Numbered from the stretch's first letter, positions 30,569 to 41,049 are shown. The stretch: 64,000 nt of DNA from an uncultured Nitrospiraceae bacterium (GCA_964475485.1 CAYYWY010000003.1:10485-74484); one strand, 5' to 3'. The notes: generated from the sequence alone by a model not told the origin. Made by a program: numbers and translations.

Positions 30569-32380
30569 ATGAAACGTGAAGATATCAGAAACATCGCGAT
30601 CATCGCCCACGTCGATCACGGCAAGACAACACTTGTGGACGGAATGCTGAAGCAGGCAGGCATTTTCCGCTCCCATGAGAAGGTGCAGGAACGGATCATG
30701 GACAACATCGACCTCGAAAGGGAGCGCGGGATAACGATTATGGCGAAAAACACGGCTGTCCAGTACAACGGTGTTAAGATAAACATAGTGGACACCCCAG
30801 GCCACGCGGATTTCGGCGGAGAGGTCGAAAGGACCCTGAAGATGGTGGACGGCGTGCTGTTGCTTGTGGACGCCTCAGAGGGACCTTTGCCCCAGACTCG
30901 CTTTGTTCTGAAAAAAGCCCTTGAGTTGAATCTCCCGCCGATCCTTGTCATTAACAAGATAGACAGGGCCGACGCGCGTATTCAGGAGGTACTGAACGAG
31001 GTGTATGATCTTTTTATAGACCTTGATGCCTCCGAGGAACAGCTGGGATTTCCGGTTCTTTATACCAATGCAAAGAGAGGCGTTGCGAAACTGACTGTGG
31101 AGGACGGTTCTGAGGACCTCGGGCCGCTTTTCGAAACCATCCTGAAGACGATCCCGCCGCCGTCCGGCAACAGGGAAGGTGTGCTCCAGATACTGGTCAT
31201 GAACATAGATTATGACGACTACGTAGGGAGGCTTGCCATCGGGCGTATATTCTCAGGTAAGGTGAGAACCGGTGATCACGTTGCGGTGGTGAAGGGGGAC
31301 GGCGTGGTGGACAGAACAAAGGTTTCGTTGCTTTATACGTTCCGGGGTCTCGAACGGACGGAGGTGAAGGAGGCCTCCTTCGGGGAGATCGTTGCCATTG
31401 CGGGAATTGAAGGGGTGACCATAGGTGATACCATCACGGGCGCCGAGAGCCCGTTACCCTTGCCCAGGATAAAGGTCGATGAGCCGACCATTTCAATGGT
31501 TTTCATGGTAAACACCTCCCCATTTGCCGGGAGGGAAGGCCCCTACGTTACGTCCAGGAAGCTGAGGGAGAGGCTTGAAAAGGAACTCCTTTACAATGTC
31601 GCGATAGGAGTTGACTTCTCGGATACCGATTCCTTTACTGTCATGGGGAGGGGAGAGCTCCAGCTCGCCATACTCATCGAGATGATGAGAAGGGAAGGGT
31701 ATGAACTCTCTGTCTCCATGCCAGAGATCATCACGAAGAAGGTCGACGGGGTTTTGCACGAGCCCATGGAGATACTCGTGATAGACGTCCCCGAGGAGTA
31801 TGTGGGGGTGGTTGCCCAGCAGACCGGCATGAGAAGGGGAAGGATGCAGAAGATGCAGAACAACGGCTATGGCAGGGTAAGGCTCGAATTCAGGATCCCT
31901 TCAAGGGGATTGATCGGGTTCAGATCCCAGTTCCTCGCCGATACCAGGGGAACAGGACTCCTCAACCACCTCTTCGATGGTTACGATCCCTGGCAGGGTC
32001 CCCTGACCAAAAGGCAGACGGGCGCCCTCGTCGCAGACAGACCTGGAAAGTCCACCATCTATGCGCTTTATCATCTGCAACCGAGAGGGGTGCTTTTTAT
32101 CAAAGAGAATACCCCGGTATATGAAGGGATGATAGTCGGTGAAAACTCAAGGGACAACGACCTGGACGTTAACGTCATCAAGGAGAAGAAGCTCACGAAT
32201 ATCCGGGCCGCCAATGCCGATGAGGCCCTGCAGCTGATACCTCCGAGGATCATGAGCCTTGAGCAGGCCATCGAGTTCATAAGGGAAGACGAACTTGTGG
32301 AGGTGACGCCAGGTTCAGTAAGATTGAGGAAAAAGGTGCTGGAGGCAGGGAAGAGGCCGAAGGCGAGGAAAGATACATAG
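30569..32380 (+). CDS. typA: translational GTPase TypA/BipA
   Basis: 603 aa. [29 protein letters not shown] and NKID motifs, with an EF-G-like domain order. Confidence 0.97.
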   Translation: MKREDIRNIAIIAHVDHGKTTLVDGMLKQAGIFRSHEKVQERIMDNIDLERERGITIMAKNTAVQYNGVKINIVDTPGHADFGGEVERTLKMVDGVLLLVDASEGPLPQTRFVLKKALELNLPPILVINKIDRADARIQEVLNEVYDLFIDLDASEEQLGFPVLYTNAKRGVAKLTVEDGSEDLGPLFETILKTIPPPSGNREGVLQILVMNIDYDDYVGRLAIGRIFSGKVRTGDHVAVVKGDGVVDRTKVSLLYTFRGLERTEVKEASFGEIVAIAGIEGVTIGDTITGAESPLPLPRIKVDEPTISMVFMVNTSPFAGREGPYVTSRKLRERLEKELLYNVAIGVDFSDTDSFTVMGRGELQLAILIEMMRREGYELSVSMPEIITKKVDGVLHEPMEILVIDVPEEYVGVVAQQTGMRRGRMQKMQNNGYGRVRLEFRIPSRGLIGFRSQFLADTRGTGLLNHLFDGYDPWQGPLTKRQTGALVADRPGKSTIYALYHLQPRGVLFIKENTPVYEGMIVGENSRDNDLDVNVIKEKKLTNIRAANADEALQLIPPRIMSLEQAIEFIREDELVEVTPGSVRLRKKVLEAGKRPKARKDT

Positions 32381-32455
32381 CAAGGGAATCCATGCCAACT
32401 GAGTTTATGAGTAACCTGAATCCAGCGGTAAGCAGGCCAATTGTTTGTCCGGTCT

Positions 32456-32553
32456 GTTATTGCGAGCACCCAACGGGTTCGTGGCAATCTCATTAAGAGA
32501 GTCGAGATCGCTTCGTTTTACTCGCAATGACAATTCTTATCGCTGGATCTGGG
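32456..32553. repeat. dispersed ~100-bp palindromic (REP/MITE-like) element, copy 1
   Basis: The 40-nt core ATTGCGAGCACCCAACGGGTTCGTGGCAATCTCATTAAGA is 38/40 identical to 43301-43340. The following blocks CTTCGTTT..CGCAATGACA and TTCTTATCGCTGGA..TGGG are also shared. Arms ATTGCGAG / CTCGCAAT are inverted. Confidence 0.75.
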
Positions 32554-32647
32554 AGTAGGCTGATTGACTGCCGACAGGAAGGTCGGAAGGCTCCTATAAA
32601 TATTGAAAAAAATTTGCCGATGATATATCCTTTGTCATACCGGCTGC

Positions 32648-33610
32648 ATGCAAAAGGGCAGAAAGATGGCAAAGGCGAAAATTCTTCTTGTCGAGGACAG
32701 CAGGACTCAGGCGGAGACGACCAGGAACTTCCTGCGCAGAATGGGCTACGAAGTCGACTGGGTGGAAGACGGCAGGTCAGCCATCAAGAATGCGAGGACT
32801 CATCCTGTGGATATAATCCTCCTTGACTACGTGCTGCCGGACATGAACGGAAATGAGGTGTGCCGCTGGCTTAAACTCAACGAAAATACCAAAGGGATCC
32901 CCATAATAATGGTTACGAGCAGGAGCGAGACAAAGGACAAGGTATCGAGTCTCGAGGCGGGTGCGGATGACTGCCTTCCCAAACCATATAACGAGATCGA
33001 ATTAAATGCAAGGATCTACGCCTGCCTGAGAACGAAGTCGCTCCAGGACGAACTGAGGCAGAAGAACCGCCAGCTGGAGGAAATGCTCGGCAAGGTTGAG
33101 ACCCTGGCCATCACCGATCCACTGACGGGGCTTTTCAACAGGAGACGCTGCGAGAACGTGCTTGAGAAAGAGCTCAGCAGGACGGTGCGATATAAGTCCT
33201 CCCTGAGCTGTCTAATGATCGATATCGACCACTTCAAGAGAGTAAACGACCATTTCGGCCATCGTACCGGAGACGCTGTCCTTCGGGAAGTCGCTCAGAT
33301 TATCCGGAGCAACTGTCGGGAAATCGATACGGTTGCGCGGTGGGGGGGAGAGGAGTTTGTCGTTCTTTTGCCTGAAACGAATAAGGAGAAAGGTCTCTGT
33401 TTTGCTACGAGGCTGATCAGTCTTATCTCAGAACATGGTTTTTCCGATCTGCCCGGGGAAAAGATTACAGTGAGCATAGGGCTCGCAAGCGTCCCGGATC
33501 CGCTCCTGGACACAGGGGAGAAATTGATCAATGCATCTGACTTTGCCCTTTACGAGGCAAAAAGGAACGGGCGGAACAGGGTGGAGTGTGCAACCCCCGG
33601 CTCTCTGTGA
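32648..33610 (+). CDS. response regulator receiver + GGDEF diguanylate cyclase (PleD-like, single REC)
   Basis: Receiver domain (KILLVEDS, DIILLDYVLPDMNG, LPKPY), then a GGDEF domain with A-site WGGEEFVV and I-site REID. Start is ATG 32648 or 32666. Confidence 0.9.
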   Translation: MQKGRKMAKAKILLVEDSRTQAETTRNFLRRMGYEVDWVEDGRSAIKNARTHPVDIILLDYVLPDMNGNEVCRWLKLNENTKGIPIIMVTSRSETKDKVSSLEAGADDCLPKPYNEIELNARIYACLRTKSLQDELRQKNRQLEEMLGKVETLAITDPLTGLFNRRRCENVLEKELSRTVRYKSSLSCLMIDIDHFKRVNDHFGHRTGDAVLREVAQIIRSNCREIDTVARWGGEEFVVLLPETNKEKGLCFATRLISLISEHGFSDLPGEKITVSIGLASVPDPLLDTGEKLINASDFALYEAKRNGRNRVECATPGSL

Positions 33611-33613
33611 GAT

Positions 33614-35956
33614 TTATTCCCGCCGGCGAAGGAAGGTTGCAAGCAGGAACTTCGCTCCCTCCTTGTCCAGGGGCTGGTTGCCCGAGCCGCACTGGGGGTC
33701 CTGGACGCATGAGGGACATCCTCCTTCACAGGGACATTCCTCGATCACCGTAAGGGCGGCCCCGAACCATTCGCCTATGACGTCGAAGGCCCTCCTGGTG
33801 AGTCCGACACCTCCTTCGTATCCGTCATAGATGAAAATCGCCGGCTTTTTGTACCCTGGATAGATGGTATAACTGAGGCCGCCGATATCGCCCTTGTCGC
33901 AGAGCGCGAAGAGGGGCATGCAGGCAATGGCCGAATGTTCCGCGGCGTGAAGACTCCCTGCCAGATCACGGCTTCCGGATTTAAGGGCGTTCTCAATATC
34001 CCTGTCTATCCAAATCCAGAGGCCCTCTGTTTCGAAGGTATATTCAGGCATCCGAAGCTCGTGCCTCGAAATCCTTGTCCTGTCGAAGATGTTCTTCTTC
34101 TCAAAGCCGGTGACTCTGTTCGTCATCCTCAGCGTTCCCCAGCGCACATCAAGTTTTCCGAGTTCCTTCTTGTCTTTCTCGTCGACGATCTCCGTCTCTT
34201 CCTTTGACAAGGCCTGGGTATAGTAAAGGACATCAACCTCCCTGCAGAAGACCTTTCCAGTTTGAAAGTCGATTTCAGTGACCCTGAATTGTCTCCCTCT
34301 GTGCAGATAGATCGCCCCTGTGAATGCCTCTCGGAAGACCCTGTATCCGCTCAACTCTCCGATGTGTCTTCCCGCCTCGTCAAGGATGGCGAACGACCGG
34401 CCTACAGCCCTTATTCCCACGTCAAGATGGGGCATTTTCCTGCGGGAAAACCATATGTCGCCTGTCTTTCCCTGGTTCAGAATACCTTCACGAACGCACT
34501 CGTCAAGGACGGGTCTCAGTTTCTCCACGGGATAGACAGCGTCATCCTTCCTCAGATAAACTTCCGATGCGGCACAGGGCAGATGTTTCTTAAGGATGTT
34601 GCTGTTGTCGGGATCTATCACTGCTGCCTCATGACTTTTTCCGAAAAAGGCGCCCGGGTGGCGCATAAAATACTGGTCAAGGGCGTCCTGAACAGCTATC
34701 ATGAAGATGACGGATTCCTGTCCGTGCCTTCCCACTCTCCCGGCCCTTTGCCATGTGCTCGATATTGAGCCGGGGTAGCCGACAAGGATGCACGCGTCAA
34801 GTCCCCCTATGTCCACGCCGAGTTCCAGGGCGCTTGTGGAGACGACGCCCAGGAGGTCACCTGCGAAAAGCCTCTCCTCGATCTCCCTCCTTTCCTTCGG
34901 GAGAAAACCAGCCCTGTAGGGGCTTATCCTGTCTGAAAGTCCGGGCGCTCGGTCGATAGTCCAGCGGTAGATGAGCTCGGTGATCTTCCTTGCCTTTGTA
35001 AAGACAATGGTCTTTAACCCTGCCTTAAGGCATTCGATGAAGAGACGAGTGGCCTCGGTGTAAGGGCTTTCTTCAGGATTGAGAAAGAGAAAATGTTTGC
35101 CCGAACGTGGTGCGCCGCTTTCCAGAACGGCCCTGAAAGGCATGCCCACAAGTTCCTCTGCCAGACTACGGGGATTGGCGATGGTTGCCGAGCACGCGAT
35201 GAACCTCGGGTTCGAACCCCAGTGATTGCATATCCTTCTTAACCTTCTCAAAACGTGGGCAACGTGTGAACCGAAGACCCCCCGGTAGGCATGTATCTCA
35301 TCCACTACGACGTAAGCAAGTCTTTTGAAAAAAGCCTCCCATTTTGTATGAAAGGGATTTACAGCAAGGTGCAGCATGTCGGGGTTGGTGAATATTACGG
35401 CGGGAAGCGACTCCCTTATCTTCTTTCTCCTGTAAGGCGAGGTGTCTCCGTCATACACCTCCGCAGGCATGAGAACGATCTTTCTCCCTTTACTCCCGGC
35501 AAATCCGCTTCGACTATCTTCGCTCCTCCCACCGGGCTCCCCCATGTCAGGGGAGTGATGCATGGGTAATGAACCGATGCCAAGGGCGGAGAAGAGCCCG
35601 TTGAGATTTTTCACCTGATCCTGCTCGAGGCCCTTCAGGGGAAAGATATAGAGCGCTCTTGTTTCTGGGTTATCCATTACCGATTCAAGTACCGGTATGT
35701 TATAGATGAGACTCTTGCCGCTTGCGGTAGGGGTCATCACCACGACATTCTCTCCCTGACGGACAAGGTCTATCGCCTCCACCTGGTGGCTCCAGAAGCG
35801 CTCGATACCCTGCGCTTTCAATGCCTCTCTCAGATGCTCATAGAGGTCGAGCTTCATGTGCCTGGGTTCGACGGGAGGGATGTAGCGGTGCTCAGCAAGC
35901 AAGGATTCAAATCTCGCTTCTTTCTTCAGGGATTCGAGAAAATAGGCGATGGACAT
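33614..35956 (-). CDS. SF2 DEAD/DEAH-box helicase with C-terminal DUF1998/MZB zinc module (YprA/MrfA-like)
   Basis: 780 aa. Motif I TPTASGKS, motif II VVDEIH, motif VI QRAGRVGRHGQ, and a C-terminal four-Cys cluster CPCEGGCPSCVQDPQCG. Confidence 0.9.
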   Translation of the reverse strand: MSIAYFLESLKKEARFESLLAEHRYIPPVEPRHMKLDLYEHLREALKAQGIERFWSHQVEAIDLVRQGENVVVMTPTASGKSLIYNIPVLESVMDNPETRALYIFPLKGLEQDQVKNLNGLFSALGIGSLPMHHSPDMGEPGGRSEDSRSGFAGSKGRKIVLMPAEVYDGDTSPYRRKKIRESLPAVIFTNPDMLHLAVNPFHTKWEAFFKRLAYVVVDEIHAYRGVFGSHVAHVLRRLRRICNHWGSNPRFIACSATIANPRSLAEELVGMPFRAVLESGAPRSGKHFLFLNPEESPYTEATRLFIECLKAGLKTIVFTKARKITELIYRWTIDRAPGLSDRISPYRAGFLPKERREIEERLFAGDLLGVVSTSALELGVDIGGLDACILVGYPGSISSTWQRAGRVGRHGQESVIFMIAVQDALDQYFMRHPGAFFGKSHEAAVIDPDNSNILKKHLPCAASEVYLRKDDAVYPVEKLRPVLDECVREGILNQGKTGDIWFSRRKMPHLDVGIRAVGRSFAILDEAGRHIGELSGYRVFREAFTGAIYLHRGRQFRVTEIDFQTGKVFCREVDVLYYTQALSKEETEIVDEKDKKELGKLDVRWGTLRMTNRVTGFEKKNIFDRTRISRHELRMPEYTFETEGLWIWIDRDIENALKSGSRDLAGSLHAAEHSAIACMPLFALCDKGDIGGLSYTIYPGYKKPAIFIYDGYEGGVGLTRRAFDVIGEWFGAALTVIEECPCEGGCPSCVQDPQCGSGNQPLDKEGAKFLLATFLRRRE

Positions 35957-36018
35957 ATGTAATTATACACGTGCCGACTGCTGAGACAAGGACAGGTTCA
36001 GCCGGGCCCTCGCTTTTT

Positions 36019-36468
36019 CTAACCGCTCTTCCTTGCGATAAGCCCGTCCACAGACCATCTGCCTCCCCCCTTGATCATCAGGGCGACGGCGACGGTGATC
36101 GCCAGGAGATGGTACTCGAAGCCTTCTCCCTGTTGTTTGCCGAACCAGTTCATAAAGAACCCGTGAGGGAGGTGAACAAGGAATATTGCCACCGCCATAT
36201 TGCAGAAGATGCCGAAGGCAGCTATCCGCGTCAGAAAACCCAGGAACAGGCCGAGGGGACCCGCTGTTTCTGCAAGTATAGCAAGAAAGGCGAAAAAGGC
36301 GGGAATCCCCATCTTTACCGTGAAAGCATCCATCGTCCCGCTGAAACCCGCGCCTCCAAACCAGCCGAAGACTTTCTGCGCGCCATGGGGAAAAAAGACT
36401 ATGGCCAGCATAATCCTGAGCACAAGACTCGAAATATCAGTATCTGTTTCTATGATCTTCCTGAACAT
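36019..36468 (-). CDS. DoxX family membrane protein
   Basis: 149 aa with 4 TM. LRIMLAIVFFPHGAQKVFGWFGG is typical of DoxX. Confidence 0.85.
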   Translation of the reverse strand: MFRKIIETDTDISSLVLRIMLAIVFFPHGAQKVFGWFGGAGFSGTMDAFTVKMGIPAFFAFLAILAETAGPLGLFLGFLTRIAAFGIFCNMAVAIFLVHLPHGFFMNWFGKQQGEGFEYHLLAITVAVALMIKGGGRWSVDGLIARKSG

Positions 36469-36556
36469 GGTTACCTCCTCTATGTCGTCCCTGCTAATTT
36501 AACGCTATCACAGCGCGGTGCGTTGTCAAGGGTTCCTGGTTTGTGCACCTGCGAAT

Positions 36557-36584
36557 TTGAATTCATTTTAAAGGCTGATATAAT
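36557..36584 (+). promoter_or_regulatory. sigma70-type promoter upstream of the disulfide reductase gene
   Basis: TTGAAT (36557-36562), a 16-nt spacer, then TATAAT (36579-36584). Confidence 0.5.
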
Positions 36585-36625
36585 GAAAAAAGTCAGGCAA
36601 AGAAGCTCGTTCGGAGGCAGGAACC

Positions 36626-37990
36626 ATGAAGGAATATGATGTAATCGTGATCGGTGCCGGAGATGTGGGTCTCGGCATTGTCTTTAAGGCGGCTTCGAAG
36701 GGGCTGAGGGTGGCCCTTGTCGAAAAGGAGAATATAGGGGGAACTTGCATAAACGTGGGGTGTGTGCCCTCGAAGACCCTCATTTCGTCTGCGGACAGAA
36801 TCATGGAAATACGGGAATCCGGAAAGATTGGAATAAGGGCGGAGATCACCGACATCGACTTTCCCTTGATAATGAGCCGCATGAGAAACGCAGTTGAGTT
36901 CGGCAGAAGCGGCATAGAGAAGGCCCTGTCGGACACGAAGAATTTGGACGTCTACCGCGAGGAGGCGCGCTTCGCCGGCGAATATGTCCTTGGCTTGAAT
37001 AAAAGAAAGATAAAAGGAAAGAAGATATTCATTGCAACCGGAGCCCGGCCGCTGATCCCGCCGGTAAAGGGACTGGACAGGATAGGGTATCTGACCAATG
37101 AGAGCGTTCTGGGACTGAAGGAGAAGCCGGAGAGCATTGTGATCATTGGAGGAGGGTATGTTGCGGCGGAATATGCGCATTTCTTTTCCGCTATCGGCAC
37201 AAGAGTGACTTTAGTCGAAAGGGGCGAGAGACTTGTTGCAAGCGAAGAGCCTGAGGTCTCCGACCTCCTAAAGAAAGAAATGGGAAGGCGGGTTGAGATA
37301 CTCACGGGCTCGGAGGTTAAGGAGGTTGCCCCGGGAAGCGGCGGGCATGCGGTGCTCCTGAAAGACCGGATCAGCGGAGAGGAAAGAGAGATCGTGGCCC
37401 AAAAAGTCATGGTTGCAACCGGGAGAGTATCGAACGCAGACATCCTGGAGGTTGGTAAGACCGGAGTGGAAACAGACGAGAGGAATTTCATCAAGGTGAA
37501 TGAGTATCTCGAAACGAGTAAGAGGAATATCTGGGCTGTCGGCGACGCCATCGGAAGGCAGATGTTCACACATGCCGGAGACAAGGAGACAGAGATTGCG
37601 TGGCACAATGCCACACACAGGGAGAAGATAAGAATGGATTTCGGCATTGTTCCTCATGCAGTTTTCACCTACCCTGAAGTCGCATCCATAGGTCTCACCG
37701 AGGAGCAGGCGAGAAAAGACTACAGGGTCCTGGTCGGGAGAGCAAGATATTCGGACACTGTGAAGGGGACAGCCATGGGGGTGGAAGAGGGGTTTGCAAA
37801 GGCCGTCGTCGAGAAGAGAACAAAGAGGATTCTTGGCTTCCATATCATCGGACCTCATGCTTCCATTCTTATACAGGAAGTGGCGAATGCAATGGCAAAT
37901 AAGAGCGATATCGCATATATCACGGGCAGCATGCACATATTCCCCTCTCTGTCGGAAGTCATACCGGAGACGCTGAATAGCCTTGAATAG
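36626..37990 (+). CDS. class I pyridine nucleotide-disulfide oxidoreductase (dihydrolipoyl dehydrogenase / mycothione reductase-like)
   Basis: 454 aa. FAD fold DVIVIGAGDVG, redox-active disulfide GGTCINVGCVPSK, NAD fold IIGGGYVAAE, and a C-terminal dimerisation domain with an HIFPSLSE His-Glu pair. Confidence 0.85.
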   Translation: MKEYDVIVIGAGDVGLGIVFKAASKGLRVALVEKENIGGTCINVGCVPSKTLISSADRIMEIRESGKIGIRAEITDIDFPLIMSRMRNAVEFGRSGIEKALSDTKNLDVYREEARFAGEYVLGLNKRKIKGKKIFIATGARPLIPPVKGLDRIGYLTNESVLGLKEKPESIVIIGGGYVAAEYAHFFSAIGTRVTLVERGERLVASEEPEVSDLLKKEMGRRVEILTGSEVKEVAPGSGGHAVLLKDRISGEEREIVAQKVMVATGRVSNADILEVGKTGVETDERNFIKVNEYLETSKRNIWAVGDAIGRQMFTHAGDKETEIAWHNATHREKIRMDFGIVPHAVFTYPEVASIGLTEEQARKDYRVLVGRARYSDTVKGTAMGVEEGFAKAVVEKRTKRILGFHIIGPHASILIQEVANAMANKSDIAYITGSMHIFPSLSEVIPETLNSLE

Positions 37991-38091
37991 GTGTGGGAGG
38001 GAGCGGGGAAAGGTTGACTGGTATCTTCATGCCTCCTTGTGAGCCAAATGCCCATGTCTCACGGGGGTTGCCCGCCGGAAATCTGCCCGAG

Positions 38092-41049
38092 ATGCTAAGT
38101 ATGGCCCGAAATTCTGGTCTTGAAGTCAGGATAAGACAGATAGGCGCTGAAATCTATTCGTCAGCCAGGAGGGGAGTTCCTTCCTTCTTTGACAGGAATA
38201 AGTGGTTGGGAAGGGTCATGGAGTGGGCGATGAAGGATGAGACATTCAAGTTCCGGCTCTTCGCGTATATCGATGTCCTGCCTTCGCTGAGAACCGATAT
38301 CCTCGTTGTGAGGATGCTGAAAGAGTACTTTTCAGACGAAGCGAATCTTCCGATGATAATAAGACAGGGCATCAGACGGCTGTCGAAGGGAGCCGGCCCC
38401 TATGTTACGGGCAAGGTGATAAGGGCGGCAGTTGAATCCCTTGCAAGGCAGTTTATTGCAGGGGAAAACCCCGAAGATGCCGTCAAGCCATTGAGGAACC
38501 TATGGAAGGGCGGCCTGGCATGGAGTGTCGATCTCCTTGGCGAAGTCGTTGTGAGCGAGGATGAGGCAAAAGGATACAGGGACAGTTATATCAGGCTCCT
38601 TAATCTTCTACATCACGAGGTCAGGGGATGGAATGAAACCCCGATCCTGGAAAGGGATGACAGGGGACCAATCCCGAGGATAGATATCTCGATTAAGGTA
38701 TCGTCCCTCTATTCTCAGCTCGACCCAGTGGACTGGGAGGGATCAATTGAGCGGACGAAGAAGAGCCTGGAGCCGTTGTTCATTAAGGCAAAGGAAACGG
38801 GAGCCTCCGTCTGCCTTGATATGGAGCATTATTATTTTAAAGACCTTATAATCGCTATTTTCAAGAACAGCATGGAAGAGAACAGTGATTATGATTTTGC
38901 AGGCATAGCGCTACAGGCATATCTTAGGGATTCGAGAGAAGACCTTCTGGACCTTATAGAATGGGCAAAAGCGAGGAGAAAGAGGATAACGGTCCGCCTT
39001 GTGAAGGGTGCATACTGGGACTATGAAACGGCGATAAACCGCCAGAAGGGATGGCCCGTCCCTGTATTTCTTAACAAGGAGGAGACCGACCTCAACTTCG
39101 AGGAACTTACGGGAATTCTCTTGGAGAATTCCGAATTCGTGCGTCCTGCCATCGCCACCCATAACATAAGGAGCATATGCAACGCCATTGCCAGGGCCGA
39201 TTTCCTCGGTCTTCCGGGAGATGCCTTTGAATTCCAGATGCTATACGGCATGGGAGAGCCTGTGAGGAGAACCCTGAAGAATATGGGCTACAGGGTAAGG
39301 GTTTATGCCCCTGTAGGAGAACTCATCTCCGGAATGGCATACCTTGTGAGGAGGCTGCTTGAGAATACCTCCAATGAGTCCTTTGTGAGGCGGTTCTTCG
39401 CAGAAGGGATCCCTTTCGATGAGATGATAAGGCGGCCGGAACCTAAAGCGGCCGTTCCCGGGGAGCATCCTGAAAGAGAGATGTTCAGGAACGAGCCTCC
39501 TACGGATTTCTCGAAGGGATCAAACAGGGAGAGGATGCAGCGGGCGCTGGTCGAGGTAAAAAAGAACTTTGGAAGGAGATATCCGCTCTTAATAGGAAGT
39601 GAAGAAGTGTTTACGGACAAGGAGATCTCCTCGACGTACCCGGCGGATCCCCGTCAGGTTGTGGGAATGGTCTCACTGGCTGAAAGGAGAACAGCGGAGA
39701 GGGCGATCGAGGAAGCTAAGGTGGCTTGGGAGAAATGGAGAAAGACACCTCCTGCATCAAGGGCCGGATATCTCTTCAGGACGGCACTGGAGATGAGGAG
39801 GACGAGGTTCGAACTTGCCGCGCTCGAAATATATGAGACAGGAAAAACCTGGAAGGATGCAGATGCGGACGTAGGCGAGGCGATAGACTATCTCGAATAC
39901 TACGGGCGGGAGATGATAAGGGTCGGGTCTCCTGCGCATCCCGGAAACTATCCGGGGGAAGAGAATGAGTACAGCTATGAGCCCCGGGGAATAGGGGTTG
40001 TTATCTCGCCATGGAATTTTCCTCTTGCCATACCGGCGGGCATGGTGTCGGCGGGGATCGTTTCCGGAAACTGCGTGATCTTTAAGCCGTCGGGCCTCTC
40101 GCCCGTCACGGGGTGGAAGCTTGTGGAGGCATTCAGACGAGCGGGGCTTCCTCCCGGCGTCCTTCAGTTCCTTTCCGGCCCGGGGGATGAGATCGGGGAA
40201 TTCCTTGTGTCGCATCCTGAAACGGACTTCATAGTATTTACTGGTTCCAGGGACGTCGGCCTGGGCATAATCAAACGCGCGGGCGAGACCCGTCCCGGTC
40301 AAAGGAACGTGAAAAAAGTTATTGCGGAGATGGGAGGGAAGAACGCCATTATAGTGGATGAGACCGCGGACCTGGACGAGGCTGTTACCGGCGTTCTCGA
40401 ATCCTCCCTCGGATATCAGGGTCAGAAATGTTCGGCATGTTCGAGGCTCATCGCTGTTGACGGGATATTCGACGAACTCCTGAGGAGGCTCGGCGCAGCC
40501 ATGGAAAGTATAAGGATAGGGCCGCCCGAAAACCCGGGTGTCTTCATGGGGCCTGTTATTAGCGAGAAGGCTCTCGAGAAGATACTGGGGTATGTTGATG
40601 CAGGTAAAAGGGATGGGAGGGTCCTGTTCTTAAGGAAGGCAGAGGGAGAGGGATATTTTGTAGGTCCCGTTATATTCGGAGAAATCGATCCTGCTTCCCC
40701 CGTGGTGCAGGAAGAGATATTCGGTCCTGTCCTTGTTGCAGTTAGAGCAAAGGATATGGATGAGGCCATTGCAATAGCGAACAGCAGCCCTTATGCACTG
40801 ACGGGAGGTATCTATTCACGCAGCCCTTCCAGTATAGGGAAGGCAAAGGATGAGTTCAGAGCCGGAAATCTGTACATAAACAGGAAGATCACCGGTGCCC
40901 TTGTGGGAAGGCAGCCTTTTGGCGGCTTCGGCATGTCGGGCATGGGCTCAAAGGCGGGAGGACCCGACTATATCGCGCAGTTTATGAACGCACGGAGCAT
41001 TAGCGAAAATACCCTAAGAAAAGGTTTTCATATCCCTCCGACCCGATGA
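38092..41049 (+). CDS. putA: bifunctional proline dehydrogenase / L-glutamate gamma-semialdehyde dehydrogenase
   Basis: An N-terminal PRODH barrel region followed by an ALDH domain with catalytic EMGGKN and GQKCSACSR. No RHH DNA-binding domain seen. Start is uncertain: the ORF opens at 37993, with ATGs at 38092 and 38101. Confidence 0.9.
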   Translation: MLSMARNSGLEVRIRQIGAEIYSSARRGVPSFFDRNKWLGRVMEWAMKDETFKFRLFAYIDVLPSLRTDILVVRMLKEYFSDEANLPMIIRQGIRRLSKGAGPYVTGKVIRAAVESLARQFIAGENPEDAVKPLRNLWKGGLAWSVDLLGEVVVSEDEAKGYRDSYIRLLNLLHHEVRGWNETPILERDDRGPIPRIDISIKVSSLYSQLDPVDWEGSIERTKKSLEPLFIKAKETGASVCLDMEHYYFKDLIIAIFKNSMEENSDYDFAGIALQAYLRDSREDLLDLIEWAKARRKRITVRLVKGAYWDYETAINRQKGWPVPVFLNKEETDLNFEELTGILLENSEFVRPAIATHNIRSICNAIARADFLGLPGDAFEFQMLYGMGEPVRRTLKNMGYRVRVYAPVGELISGMAYLVRRLLENTSNESFVRRFFAEGIPFDEMIRRPEPKAAVPGEHPEREMFRNEPPTDFSKGSNRERMQRALVEVKKNFGRRYPLLIGSEEVFTDKEISSTYPADPRQVVGMVSLAERRTAERAIEEAKVAWEKWRKTPPASRAGYLFRTALEMRRTRFELAALEIYETGKTWKDADADVGEAIDYLEYYGREMIRVGSPAHPGNYPGEENEYSYEPRGIGVVISPWNFPLAIPAGMVSAGIVSGNCVIFKPSGLSPVTGWKLVEAFRRAGLPPGVLQFLSGPGDEIGEFLVSHPETDFIVFTGSRDVGLGIIKRAGETRPGQRNVKKVIAEMGGKNAIIVDETADLDEAVTGVLESSLGYQGQKCSACSRLIAVDGIFDELLRRLGAAMESIRIGPPENPGVFMGPVISEKALEKILGYVDAGKRDGRVLFLRKAEGEGYFVGPVIFGEIDPASPVVQEEIFGPVLVAVRAKDMDEAIAIANSSPYALTGGIYSRSPSSIGKAKDEFRAGNLYINRKITGALVGRQPFGGFGMSGMGSKAGGPDYIAQFMNARSISENTLRKGFHIPPTR

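Noticed and set aside
32527-32826. 99-aa ORF (and the analogous 92-aa ORF 43287..43565) running through the palindromic repeat copies
   Set aside because: The reading frames are created by the repeat element itself and by the flanking promoter DNA. The first one also overlaps the REC-GGDEF gene out of frame.
35821-36639. 272-aa plus-strand ORF spanning the helicase 5' end and the DoxX gene
   Set aside because: It is antisense to two recognisable genes (helicase N-terminus and DoxX). The sequence is Arg/Pro/Gly-rich and has no family features.
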